From contig CBDBGH010000003.1 in NCBI GenBank assembly GCA_965205265.1, positions 2,016,001 through 2,080,000 of the forward strand: a stretch of 64,000 nt of DNA. The letters run 5' to 3'. The translations under genes were made by a program, and so were the position numbers. Below, piece by piece: positions 20,706 through 29,856 of this stretch. The stretch is from Alphaproteobacteria bacterium. GTDB taxonomy: Bacteria; Pseudomonadota; Alphaproteobacteria; Bin95. Under the pieces are notes generated by a model, which did not search any database, was not told the DNA's origin, and saw only the letters and a program-made list of their open reading frames with translations. How positions within the stretch are numbered: position 1 is the stretch's first letter; each line of letters begins with the position of its first letter.

Positions 20706-21293
20706 CTAAAGCACCGTCACCGCCCAGCCGGCGTCGGTCCGGTCGAAGCGGAGCGGCAGGGCGTTCGGCGCGTATTCGTCGAGGAACGCGACGCCGAGGG
20801 CGGCTGCGATGACGCGCAGATTGCCGCCATGCGCCACGATGCAGGGGACATCGCTGCCGTCGAGCGCGGCCGCCGCGGCGGATTTGGTGCGGGCGACGAA
20901 GGCTTCCAGCGTCTCGCCGCCTGCCGGCCGCGCGCGCCAGTCGAGTTCCAGCGCTGTCTGGCCGACGAGTTCCCCGAACAACCGCTCGCCGAGCCGGGGC
21001 GTGGCGTTCATCGGCACGGCGAGCCGGCGGGCGACGGCCTGGGCGGTCTCATAGGCGCGCGGATAGCTGCTGGCCTCGATGCGGGTAATGTCCCCGGCGC
21101 CGGCAAGCCGTCCGGCGGCGCGCTCCGCCTGTGCGCGCCCGGCCTCGTTCAGCGGAATGACCGGGCTCTGCACGATGAAGGTGGCATTGCCGGCGGTCTC
21201 GCCGTGCCTCAGGAAGTAGAACCGCCGCACCCCGGGCCTGAGCTCCGGCGGCGCGGCGGCAAGAGCCCTCAGCTCCTCGCCGCCCCGGATCAT
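20706..21293 (-). CDS. Histidine phosphatase family protein
   Basis: LRHGET, RAYETA, VAHGG. Confidence 0.88.
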   Translation of the reverse strand: MIRGGEELRALAAAPPELRPGVRRFYFLRHGETAGNATFIVQSPVIPLNEAGRAQAERAAGRLAGAGDITRIEASSYPRAYETAQAVARRLAVPMNATPRLGERLFGELVGQTALELDWRARPAGGETLEAFVARTKSAAAAALDGSDVPCIVAHGGNLRVIAAALGVAFLDEYAPNALPLRFDRTDAGWAVTVL

Positions 21294-21303
21294 CGCGGCC
21301 GCG

Positions 21304-22512
21304 TCAAAGCGCGCCGGCCTGTTTCAGGTCCGCCACTTCCGCGGGCGGCATGTCCAGCAGCTCGCCCAGCACCGCCTCGTTGTGCTCGCCGAGCAGCGGC
21401 GCCCGCGCCACCTCCATCGCCTCGCCGCCGAAGCGCACCGGCCAGGCCGGCACCACCACCGCGCCCCGGTCCGGGTGCTCGACGGTCTGCATGATGCCCC
21501 GGCGGTGCATGTCCTCGTTCGAGATCAGGTCCTTGATGTCGAACACCGCGCCCGCCGGCACGCCCGCCCCGCCGATGGCCTCCATCACTTCCTGCTTGGT
21601 GCGCTCGCGCGTCCAGGCCGACACGTTCTCCTCGATCTCGGCCTTGTGCTCGATGCGCTTGTGGCCGTCGCAGAAGCGCGGGTCGGCCAGCATGTCCTCG
21701 CGCCCGATGGCCTTGCAGACCCGTTCCCAATGCGCCGTCAGGTCGCGGGCGACGAAGATGAAGCAATAGTCGTTCGGCCCGCCGCCCTTGCAGGGGAACA
21801 ACCCGCCCGGCGCGCCCGAGGCGACCGAATTGCCGAGCCTGGGCGCCGCTTCCTGCATCATCGGCTGGCGCGAGAAGGTGACGCGGCAATAGTTCGTCAT
21901 CGCGTCCTGCATCGCCACCTGGAGATGCTGGCCGCGCCCGGTGCGCTCGCGCTGGAAGAGCGCGGAGAGGATCGAGACGCACATATGCAGGCCGGTGCCC
22001 GTGTCGCCGATGGTGGCGCCGGGGCGGATCGGCACGCCGTCCGGCATGCCCGTGATGCTCATCACCCCGCCCGTGGCCTGGGCGATCATGTCGAAGGAAA
22101 GGTATTTCGCGTAGGGCCCGTCCGTGGCGAAGCCCTTCACCTGCGCGAAGACGAGGCGCGGGTTGAGCTTCTGCAGTTCGTCCCAGCCGAAGCCCAACCG
22201 CTCGATGGCGCCCGGCGCGAAATTCTCGATCAGCACGTCCGCCTTGGCGATCAGCCGGCGGAGGAGCTGCTTGCCGCTCTCTTCCTTGAGATTGCAGGTG
22301 ATCGAGCGCTTGTTGCAGTTGAGCAGGATGAAATAGAGCGAATCCATGTCCGCGCGCTCGGAAATCGCGAGCCGGCCCTGGTCGCCGCGCCGGGGCTCCT
22401 CGACCTTGATGACATTGGCGCCGTGCCAGGCCAGCGCCTCGGTGCAGGACGGGCCGGCTTCGAATTGGGTCAGGTCGAGCACGGTAATGCCCGCCAGCGG
22501 CGCATCGCCCAT
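21304..22512 (-). CDS. CoA-transferase family III (formyl-CoA transferase-like)
   Basis: PLAGITVLDLTQFEAGPS, NCNKRSIT, ENFAPG, GDTGTG. Confidence 0.9.
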   Translation of the reverse strand: MGDAPLAGITVLDLTQFEAGPSCTEALAWHGANVIKVEEPRRGDQGRLAISERADMDSLYFILLNCNKRSITCNLKEESGKQLLRRLIAKADVLIENFAPGAIERLGFGWDELQKLNPRLVFAQVKGFATDGPYAKYLSFDMIAQATGGVMSITGMPDGVPIRPGATIGDTGTGLHMCVSILSALFQRERTGRGQHLQVAMQDAMTNYCRVTFSRQPMMQEAAPRLGNSVASGAPGGLFPCKGGGPNDYCFIFVARDLTAHWERVCKAIGREDMLADPRFCDGHKRIEHKAEIEENVSAWTRERTKQEVMEAIGGAGVPAGAVFDIKDLISNEDMHRRGIMQTVEHPDRGAVVVPAWPVRFGGEAMEVARAPLLGEHNEAVLGELLDMPPAEVADLKQAGAL

Positions 22513-22539
22513 CGGTTTCCTCCTTGCTATGCTTGCCGG

Positions 22540-23880
22540 ATGATACAGCAGGCCATCCGCAATGTTCCACTGACCGGGGCCGACCCGGTCTTCCCGACTC
22601 CCTACCGTATCGGCGAGGCGGGCGCGGTCGCCATCGCCGCCTCCGCGCAGGCCGCCGCCGACTTCTGGGAGCTGCGCACGGGCGAACGCCAGTCTGTGAC
22701 GGTGGACCGCCGCCATGCGGCCGCCGCCATGCGCTCCGCCACCTATCTGAAGATCGACGGCGCCGCGCCCGCCTCCTTGTGGGACCCCTTTTCAGGGACC
22801 TATCCGACCGGCGACGGGCGCCATGTCTTCCTGCACTGCAACTTCCCCCACCACCGCGACGGCATGCTGGCGCTGCTCGGCGCGAAGGCGGAGAAGGAGG
22901 CCTTCGCGCAAGCCGTCGCGGCGCGCGGCGGGCAGGAATTCGAAGACGCCATCGCCGCCGCCGGCCTCTGCGGCGCGATGACGCGCACACCGGAGGAATG
23001 GGCCGCTCACCCGCAGGGCCGGGCGCTTGCGGGCCTGCCGCCCGTTACCATCGGGCGCATCGGCGACGGGCCGAAGACCGCGCCGCGCGGCGGCGGCCGG
23101 CCGCTCGCGGGCATCCGCGTGCTGGACCTCACGCGCGTGCTGGCCGGGCCGACCTGCGGGCGCGCGCTCGCCGAGCACGGCGCGGACGTCATGCGCATCG
23201 CCGGGCCGCATCTGCCCTTCACGCCCGCACTCGTCATGGACACGGGCCACGGCAAGCTCTCCGCTTTCGTCGATCTCCGCGAGGAGCGCGGCCGGGCCCA
23301 GCTTCGCGCGCTCGCCGCCGAGGCCGATGTGTTCGTGCAGAGCTACCGGCCGGGCACCTTGGCGGCGCGCGGCTTCGGCCCCGGCGATATCGGCCCCGGC
23401 AAGGTCTATGTCTCGCTCTCGGCCTACGGCCATGAAGGGCCATTCGCCATGCGCCGGGGCTTCGACAGCATCGTGCAGAACGCCTCCGGCATGTCCACGG
23501 TGCAGGGCAGCAGGCAGGCGCCGCGCAACCTGCCCGTGCAGCCGCTCGACTATTGCGCCGGCTACCTCGCCGCCTGGGGCGTCGCGACGGCGCTGCTGCG
23601 CCGGGCGGAGGAAGGCGGGACCTGGCATGTGCAGCTTTCGCTCGCCGGCATGGCGGAATGGATCAAGGGCATGGGCCTCGTCGAGGACTGGCAGGACACG
23701 CCGGCGGACCTCGCGCCGGAGGAGCTTGCGGCGATCACGATGGAGAGCGACACCCCGCACGGCCGCCTCACCCATCTGGCTCCGATTGCGCAGATGTCGG
23801 CGACGCCGCCGCACTGGGCGCGGCCCTCCGTGCCGCTCGGCTCGCACGACCCCGTCTGGCCGGAGGCGCTCGCCGCATGA
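22540..23880 (+). CDS. CoA-transferase family III (two-domain CaiB/BaiF type)
   Basis: C-terminal part of ORF 21382..23880; PLAGIRVLDLTRVLAGP, GKLSAFVDL, RRGFDS. Confidence 0.85.
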   Translation: MIQQAIRNVPLTGADPVFPTPYRIGEAGAVAIAASAQAAADFWELRTGERQSVTVDRRHAAAAMRSATYLKIDGAAPASLWDPFSGTYPTGDGRHVFLHCNFPHHRDGMLALLGAKAEKEAFAQAVAARGGQEFEDAIAAAGLCGAMTRTPEEWAAHPQGRALAGLPPVTIGRIGDGPKTAPRGGGRPLAGIRVLDLTRVLAGPTCGRALAEHGADVMRIAGPHLPFTPALVMDTGHGKLSAFVDLREERGRAQLRALAAEADVFVQSYRPGTLAARGFGPGDIGPGKVYVSLSAYGHEGPFAMRRGFDSIVQNASGMSTVQGSRQAPRNLPVQPLDYCAGYLAAWGVATALLRRAEEGGTWHVQLSLAGMAEWIKGMGLVEDWQDTPADLAPEELAAITMESDTPHGRLTHLAPIAQMSATPPHWARPSVPLGSHDPVWPEALAA

Positions 23881-24632
23881 GCCGCCTGCCCCGCGGTCCC
23901 GGCGCCGCGATCCACTACGAGACGCACGGAGAGGGGCCGGCGGTCCTGCTCAGCCACGGCTTCGGGCTGACGGCGCGCATGTGGGCGGGCCAGGTGGAGG
24001 CGCTCGCGCCCGCCAACCGCCTCGTCCTCTGGGACCTGCGCGGGCACGGGCGCAGCGACTCGCCCGAAGACCCCGGCCTCTACGACCCGGAAGCCTGCGT
24101 GGCCGACATGGCCGCCCTGCTGGATGCGGAGGGAATCGAGCGGGCGGTCGTCGGCGGCCTCTCGCTCGGCGGCTACCTGTCGCTCGCCTTCCATCTCCGC
24201 CATCCCGAGCGCGTGCGGGCGCTGATGCTGTTCGACTGCGGCCCCGGCTTCCGCCGCGACGAGCCGCGCGAGGCCTGGAACGAGCGCACGCGCAAGCGAA
24301 GCGAGCGGATTGCGGCGGGCGATGCGCGGGCGCTCGCGGAGCTCGAGCCGGGCGGCCACCGCGACCTCGCCGGCGTCGCCCGCGCGGCGCGCTGGACGAT
24401 GCTTCACCATGACGGCAGCGTGCTCGAATCCCTGCCTTCGATCCGGGTGCCGGCGCTGGTGCTGGTCGGCGAGGAGGACGCGCCCTTCCGCGGGGCCGCC
24501 GACTACATGGCCCGGAAGATCCCGAACGCCGAACGGGTGGTGCTGCCGGACGCCGGCCACACGGCGAATCTCGACAATCCCGCGGCGTTCAACGCCGCCG
24601 TCTCCGCCTTCCTGGCGGGATTGCCTTCGTGA
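23877..24632 (+). CDS. Alpha/beta hydrolase
   Basis: HGF, DLRGHGRS, GLSLGG, GEED, AGH; ATGA overlap with the upstream gene. Confidence 0.88.
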   Translation: MSRLPRGPGAAIHYETHGEGPAVLLSHGFGLTARMWAGQVEALAPANRLVLWDLRGHGRSDSPEDPGLYDPEACVADMAALLDAEGIERAVVGGLSLGGYLSLAFHLRHPERVRALMLFDCGPGFRRDEPREAWNERTRKRSERIAAGDARALAELEPGGHRDLAGVARAARWTMLHHDGSVLESLPSIRVPALVLVGEEDAPFRGAADYMARKIPNAERVVLPDAGHTANLDNPAAFNAAVSAFLAGLPS

Positions 24633-25843
24633 GCGCGCCCGCCTACAGCCTTGCCCGCGATGCGCGGGTCATCGGCCTTGTGGCCGCCGGGCACACGATG
24701 AGCCACATGTTCGTCTTCCTGCTGCTGCCGCTCTCGGTGCGCATGCATGACGAACTCGGCTTCAGCTATCTCGAAGTCGGCATTCTGGCGGGCGCGTTCT
24801 CGGTCGGCGCCGCGGTCTGCCAGACGGGAATCGGCTTCGTCGTGGACCGCATCGGCGGGCGGACGCCGCTCATCCTGGGCGTCGCCGTGCTCTCCGGGGC
24901 CGTGATGGGCTTCGGGCTGGTGTCGTCCTTCTGGGCCATGCTGCCGCTCGCGGTCATCGGCGGCATCGCCAACTCCGTCTTCCACCCGGCCGACTACGCC
25001 ATCCTCTCGGCCTCGGTCGCCGAGCACCGCATGGGGCGCGCCTTCTCCATCCACGCGGTCGCCGGCAATACCGGCTGGATCCTGGCGCTGCTCGGTCCCG
25101 ACCTCGCCGATATCGTCGGCCTGAAGGGCGTCTTCCTCGTCGCGGGCGGCATCGGCATCGCCGTCTCCTTCGCGCTTCTGCTCCAGTCCCGGCATCTGGA
25201 GAGCGCCGACGGCAGGGCGCGGCGGCGCGAACAGGGCGGCTCGACCTCGGACGGCATCGCGCTTCTGCTGACCGTGCCGGTCATCCTGCTGTTCCTGTTC
25301 CAGATGTTCCACTCCATGTCGCTCGGCGGCATCCGCACCTTCGGGATTCCGGCGCTGCACGACCTGCGCGGCTTCGACGACACGGTCATCGCCAAGGCGC
25401 TGATCGCCTACATGGTGGCGGCCTCGGTCGGCAATCTCCTCGGTGGCTGGCTGGTGGACCGCACCGGCCGCCCGCAGCTCGTGTTCTTCGGCGCCATCGG
25501 CACGGTCTTCGTTGCGGTCAACATCATCGGCGCGGTTCCGCTGCCGCTCTACGGCATCGTTCCCCTGATGATGGTCTCGGGCGTCGCGCACGGCGCCATC
25601 ATGCCGACCCGCGACCTGCTGGTGCGCCGCATCTCGCCGCCGGGGCAGATGGGCAAGGTGTTCGGCTTCACCTCCACCGGCCTCTCCATCGGCGGCTTCA
25701 TGACGCCGATCCTGTTCGGCTGGGTGATGGACATGGGCGACCCGAGCTGGGTGTTCTTCGGCAGCGCGGCCGTCATGCTGCTCGCCGTCGCCACCTTCGT
25801 CGAAACCAACCGCAATGTCGGCCGAGCGAGGGCAACGGCATGA
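24629..25843 (+). CDS. MFS transporter
   Basis: Multi-TM; DRIGGR, FHPADY, DRTGR. Confidence 0.88.
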   Translation: MSAPAYSLARDARVIGLVAAGHTMSHMFVFLLLPLSVRMHDELGFSYLEVGILAGAFSVGAAVCQTGIGFVVDRIGGRTPLILGVAVLSGAVMGFGLVSSFWAMLPLAVIGGIANSVFHPADYAILSASVAEHRMGRAFSIHAVAGNTGWILALLGPDLADIVGLKGVFLVAGGIGIAVSFALLLQSRHLESADGRARRREQGGSTSDGIALLLTVPVILLFLFQMFHSMSLGGIRTFGIPALHDLRGFDDTVIAKALIAYMVAASVGNLLGGWLVDRTGRPQLVFFGAIGTVFVAVNIIGAVPLPLYGIVPLMMVSGVAHGAIMPTRDLLVRRISPPGQMGKVFGFTSTGLSIGGFMTPILFGWVMDMGDPSWVFFGSAAVMLLAVATFVETNRNVGRARATA

Positions 25844-26721
25844 ACATGAAACAACTTCCCGCAGGCAACGAACTCTTCCTCGACCACGTCGGCTATTTCC
25901 TCGCCGACCTCGAAGGCGCGGCGGCGCGCTTCGGGCGGCTCGGCTTCACCGTCTCGCCGGTCAATATCCACTACAACAGCGCCGACGGCGAACTCGTGCG
26001 CTCGGGCACCGCCAACCGGCTCATCACCTTCGAGGCGGGCTATATCGAGGCGCTCGGCCAGGTCGCGGACACGCCGCTCGGGGCGGAACTCGCCGCGGGC
26101 GTCGCACGATACGAGGGCCTCCACCTGCTCGCGCTTGCGCATGAGCGGGTCGAGGAGCACGACACCGGCGGCACGGAGATGCGCCCCACCGTCTTCCTGC
26201 GCCGCCCGCTGGAGGACGGGCGCATCGTCCGGGCCACCGTCCGCCGGGCAACGGCCGAAGCCATGCCGGAAGGCCGCGTGCAACTGCTCACCCACGAGAC
26301 GCCGGACCTCATCTGGCTGCCGGGCATGGACCGCCACACCAACGCCGCCCGCGCGCTCACCGGCTACCTGCAGGTCGTCGCAGACCCGGAAGAGGCGGCC
26401 GAGCGCTACGCCCGCTTCGCAGGCCGCCCCGCGCGCAAGTCGGGACCGGTCTTCGAGATCGCGCTCGACCGCGGCCGCTTCGCGCTCGCGGGCCCGGATG
26501 CGCTCGGCGCGCTATTGCCGGACGAAACCCGTCCACCGCTGCCCTTCGCCGCCGCCGTCGGCATCGAGAGCGCAGACCTCGACCGCACGCGTTTCCTTCT
26601 TGCGAACGCGGGCATTACCATCCATGGGCGGCCGGACCGCCTGCTGGTCCCGCCTTCGGAGGGCCTGGGTGCCTGGATCGACTTCCACCGCCCCGGCGCC
26701 CCTCCGCTCTGGACCGCATGA
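25840..26721 (+). CDS. VOC/glyoxalase-like protein
   Basis: LDHVGY, RLGFTV, GTANRLI...YIE. Confidence 0.75.
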   Translation: MNMKQLPAGNELFLDHVGYFLADLEGAAARFGRLGFTVSPVNIHYNSADGELVRSGTANRLITFEAGYIEALGQVADTPLGAELAAGVARYEGLHLLALAHERVEEHDTGGTEMRPTVFLRRPLEDGRIVRATVRRATAEAMPEGRVQLLTHETPDLIWLPGMDRHTNAARALTGYLQVVADPEEAAERYARFAGRPARKSGPVFEIALDRGRFALAGPDALGALLPDETRPPLPFAAAVGIESADLDRTRFLLANAGITIHGRPDRLLVPPSEGLGAWIDFHRPGAPPLWTA

Positions 26722-27102
26722 CGGGATGATCCTTCGAATTTCATGAAATGAACAATTTCCGATATTTGTAAATTTTGTTCCCTATATAGCCTTAATATCT
26801 GGCGGATTGCGGTATGACGGTCGCCAAGGAAGCGGACTCCGGAGCCGCCTTCCCGGGTGCTGCGCGGCCGGGCGGCGCCGATTTCTGAAAACCCATGAGA
26901 AGCCGAAGGGACGTGCGCCCTGTGCCTCGCGCGCGAAAACGCCGGCGGGGGACGATGCGCTCGAAGCCGGTCGGCGCGGCGCGCGGGCCGTTCGGTTCGT
27001 CGAATTCGTGGAACGGGAGCCCGCTGGCGCGGTCGGGCGCGATGGTCCCCCGGTTCCGTCGCCATATGCGGCGGCAACACACCGGGCCCCGATGACCCTG
27101 CG

Positions 27103-28263
27103 TTACCGCTTCGATGACAATGCGGTTTCACGGACGATCCGCCGCACGGTCTCGGCCGCGCGGAGGCTGGGCCGCCCGCCGCCGCCGAGTTCGCCGGCCA
27201 GCTCCCGGAAGGCTGCCAATTGCGCCGCGCGCGCCTCTTCATCGACGAGCAGCGGCCGGAGCGCCCTTGCAAGCGGGCCCGGCCGGCAGTCCCCCTGGAT
27301 CAGTTCCGGCACGACGGGTCGGTCGAGCAGGATGTTGACGGGGCAGAACCGGCGGCGCCGGATCGCGAACCGGCCGATGAGCGCCGTGGCAGGGTTCAGC
27401 CGGTAGGCCGTCACCTGCGGCACGCCGGCGCGCGCGAGTTCGAGCGCAACCGTGCCGGACGCGCCCAGCGCCGCCCGGCTGGCCGCGAAGGCGCCCTGTT
27501 TTTCCTCCTCGCCGAGCGTGACCGCCGCCGGCCACGGCCAGCCCGCCACCGTGTCCCGCACCCGGTCTGCCACCGTGCCGACGGTCGGCACCGCCAGATG
27601 CAGGCCGGGAACATCCGCGGACAGGCGCTCCAGCACCTCCCGGAACACCGGCAGCAGCCGGCGCACCTCGCCCGCCCGGCTTCCCGGCAGCACCGCAAGC
27701 AGGGTGTCCTCCGGCGCAATGCCGTGCCGGGCCCGGAAGGCCGCGCCGTCGCCCGGCTCCGCCTCGACCAGCGAGTGGCCGACGAAGGTGGAGGCCAGGC
27801 CCTCGCGCTCGAACAGGGCGGGCTCGAACGGCCAGAGCGTCATCAGATGGTCGAAGAGCCCGGCCATGCGGCGCGCGCGGCCGGGCGCCCAGACCCAGAC
27901 CATCGGCGCGACATAGTGGATGCGCGCGGCCGGGCAGCCTGCCGCGATCAGGCGCCTTGCAAGGCCCTTGTTGAATCCGCCCGAATCGATGGTGACGACG
28001 GCGTCCGGCCGGAAACGCAGGATGTCGGCGGCCGTCTCGTCCATCCGGCGCAGCAGCCTGCGGGCGCGCGGCAGCACCTCGAAGAGGCCCATCACGGCGG
28101 TCTCCGCCTGCGGGAACAGGCTGGCGACGCCTTCCCCCGCCATGAGTTCGCCGCCGACGCCGGCCGCCTCCACCGGCCCGCCCTCGCGCAAGGCGCTCAG
28201 CAGCCGCGCGCCCAGCGCATCGCCCGACGGCTCGCCCGCGACGATATAGACGCGCAGGGTCAC
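27103..28263 (-). CDS. lpxB: Lipid-A-disaccharide synthase
   Basis: AGEPSGD, VMGLFEV, ID..GFN, YVAP.VWVW, LPGSR, SGT, VPELIQ. Confidence 0.93.
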   Translation of the reverse strand: MTLRVYIVAGEPSGDALGARLLSALREGGPVEAAGVGGELMAGEGVASLFPQAETAVMGLFEVLPRARRLLRRMDETAADILRFRPDAVVTIDSGGFNKGLARRLIAAGCPAARIHYVAPMVWVWAPGRARRMAGLFDHLMTLWPFEPALFEREGLASTFVGHSLVEAEPGDGAAFRARHGIAPEDTLLAVLPGSRAGEVRRLLPVFREVLERLSADVPGLHLAVPTVGTVADRVRDTVAGWPWPAAVTLGEEEKQGAFAASRAALGASGTVALELARAGVPQVTAYRLNPATALIGRFAIRRRRFCPVNILLDRPVVPELIQGDCRPGPLARALRPLLVDEEARAAQLAAFRELAGELGGGGRPSLRAAETVRRIVRETALSSKR

Positions 28264-28310
28264 GATGCCCGGCCGCCGGCGGAAGCGGGGGGCGCTTCCC
28301 GCGCCTCTTT

Positions 28311-28357
28311 CGTCACCCCGGCGGGAACGGAGCGAAGCGGAGCGGAGAGCCGGGGTC
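28311..28357. repeat. CGTC-tagged palindromic repeat of a second subtype
   Basis: CGTCACCCCGGC...GGAGCGAAGCGGAGCGGAGA-GCCGGGGTC stem, next to the REP/MITE. Confidence 0.55.
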
Positions 28358-28363
28358 TCCTTC

Positions 28364-28751
28364 CGTCATGCCCGGAACGAGTCCACGGCTGTCCGGTTCC
28401 ATCATTGGGCCGGGCCGGTCCGGAGTTTTTGGGCGCGCGCGGTGTCTCCGGTCCGCTTCCCTCCATCGTGTCCGAACAGCCTCCCCGCGCTGTGCCCGAA
28501 CGCCCTCCTCCGTCATGCCCGGACTTGTTCCGGGCATCTCTCTCAACCGTCTCTGCTGGGCGGCCGCATGGATGCCCGGAACAAGTCCGGGCATGACGAT
28601 ATGAGGGCATGACGATGAAGAGGGGCGGCGCGCCGGGCGTCGATCGGAGTCCCGATTCGACCGGACCCTTGGAAACCCGCTTGAATCCAGGCCATGCGTC
28701 CTGTCCGCAAAACCCAAACCGGACAGCAGTGGAACGAGTCCGGGCATGACG
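28364..28751. repeat. Single 31-bp REP palindrome split by MITE copy 2
   Basis: CGTCATGCCCG-GAACGAGTC[MITE]GAACGAGTC-CGGGCATGACG. Confidence 0.88.
28384..28731 (-). mobile_element. Non-autonomous MITE, copy 2 (348 bp, inverted relative to copy 1)
   Basis: TIRs CACGGCTGTCCGGTT / AACCGGACAGCAGTG; 9-bp direct repeat GAACGAGTC at 28375-28383 and 28732-28740; internal REP doublet at 28511-28598. Confidence 0.9.
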
Positions 28752-28848
28752 AGAAGAGAATCCGGCCTCCTTCAAGCCCCTTTTCCCTGCCGGGCTGGAC
28801 GAAGCGGCGGGGCCATGCCCTAATGCCGCGTCGGCGGCGGGGAGGAAT

Positions 28849-29847
28849 ATGTCGGGTCTGGCGCGCATGGTGGGGCAGCGGCTGGCGCTCGGCGCGTTTA
28901 CGCTGCTCATCGTCAGCATGGTGATCTTCGCCGCCATCGAGGCGCTTCCCGGCGACTTCGCCCAGGCGATTCTGGGCCAGGGCGCAACGCCCGAGGCGGT
29001 CGCCGCCATCCGCGAGAGCCTCGGCATGGACCGCTCAGCGGTCGAACGCTATTTCGCATGGCTCGGCGGCGTGTTCAGCGGCGATTTCGGCGTCAGTTTC
29101 AGCCAGTTGAGCTTCCAGTCCCAATACGGGCGGACCGGCGAGCGCGATATCGTGACCGTCGCCGACCAGCTGGCGCCGCGCTTTGCGAACACCATCTTCC
29201 TTGCGGCCACGGCGGCGGCCGTGGCAGTGCCGCTGTCGCTTGCGCTCGGCATTCTGGCGGCGCTCTACCGGGGCTCGATCTTCGACCGGGCGGCGAATGT
29301 CGGCACGCTCACCTCCATCTCCAGCCCGGAATTCTTCGTCGCCTATATCCTGATCCTCTTCCTGGCGGCGGCGAACCCGATCTTCCCTTCGATCTCGAAG
29401 ATCCATGCCGATCTGGACTTCTGGGAACGGCTCTACCGCACCGTGCTGCCGGCGCTCACGCTCACGCTCGTCGTCACCGCCCACATGATGCGCATGACGC
29501 GCGTCGCGATCATCAACCTCATGGCCTCGCAATATATCGAGATGGCGCGCCTCAAGGGAGTCCCGCGCTGGCGGGTGATCGTGCGCCATGCGCTGCCCAA
29601 TGCGCTCGCCCCGATCATCAATGTCATCGCGCTCAACCTCGCCTACCTGGTTACCGGCGTGGTGGTGGTCGAGGTGGTGTTCGTCTATCCGGGCATCGGG
29701 CAGATGTTCGTCGATGCCGTGAAACTGCGCGACATGCCCACCGTGCAGGCCTGCTGCCTGGTCTTCGCCGCCGCCTATATCCTGCTCAACCTGCTGGCGG
29801 ACGTGCTGTCGGTGCTGACCAATCCGCGCCTCAGGCACCCGAAATAG
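28849..29847 (+). CDS. Peptide/nickel-type ABC permease (DppB-like)
   Basis: LPGD, GDFGVS, YIEMARLKG...RHALPNA. Confidence 0.9.
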   Translation: MSGLARMVGQRLALGAFTLLIVSMVIFAAIEALPGDFAQAILGQGATPEAVAAIRESLGMDRSAVERYFAWLGGVFSGDFGVSFSQLSFQSQYGRTGERDIVTVADQLAPRFANTIFLAATAAAVAVPLSLALGILAALYRGSIFDRAANVGTLTSISSPEFFVAYILILFLAAANPIFPSISKIHADLDFWERLYRTVLPALTLTLVVTAHMMRMTRVAIINLMASQYIEMARLKGVPRWRVIVRHALPNALAPIINVIALNLAYLVTGVVVVEVVFVYPGIGQMFVDAVKLRDMPTVQACCLVFAAAYILLNLLADVLSVLTNPRLRHPK

Positions 29848-29856
29848 GCGGGCGCG

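Noticed and set aside
26745-26790. Alphaproteobacterial LexA box here and at ~53438
   Set aside because: Only single GTTC or GAAC half-sites are present; there is no proper GTTC-N7-GTTC.
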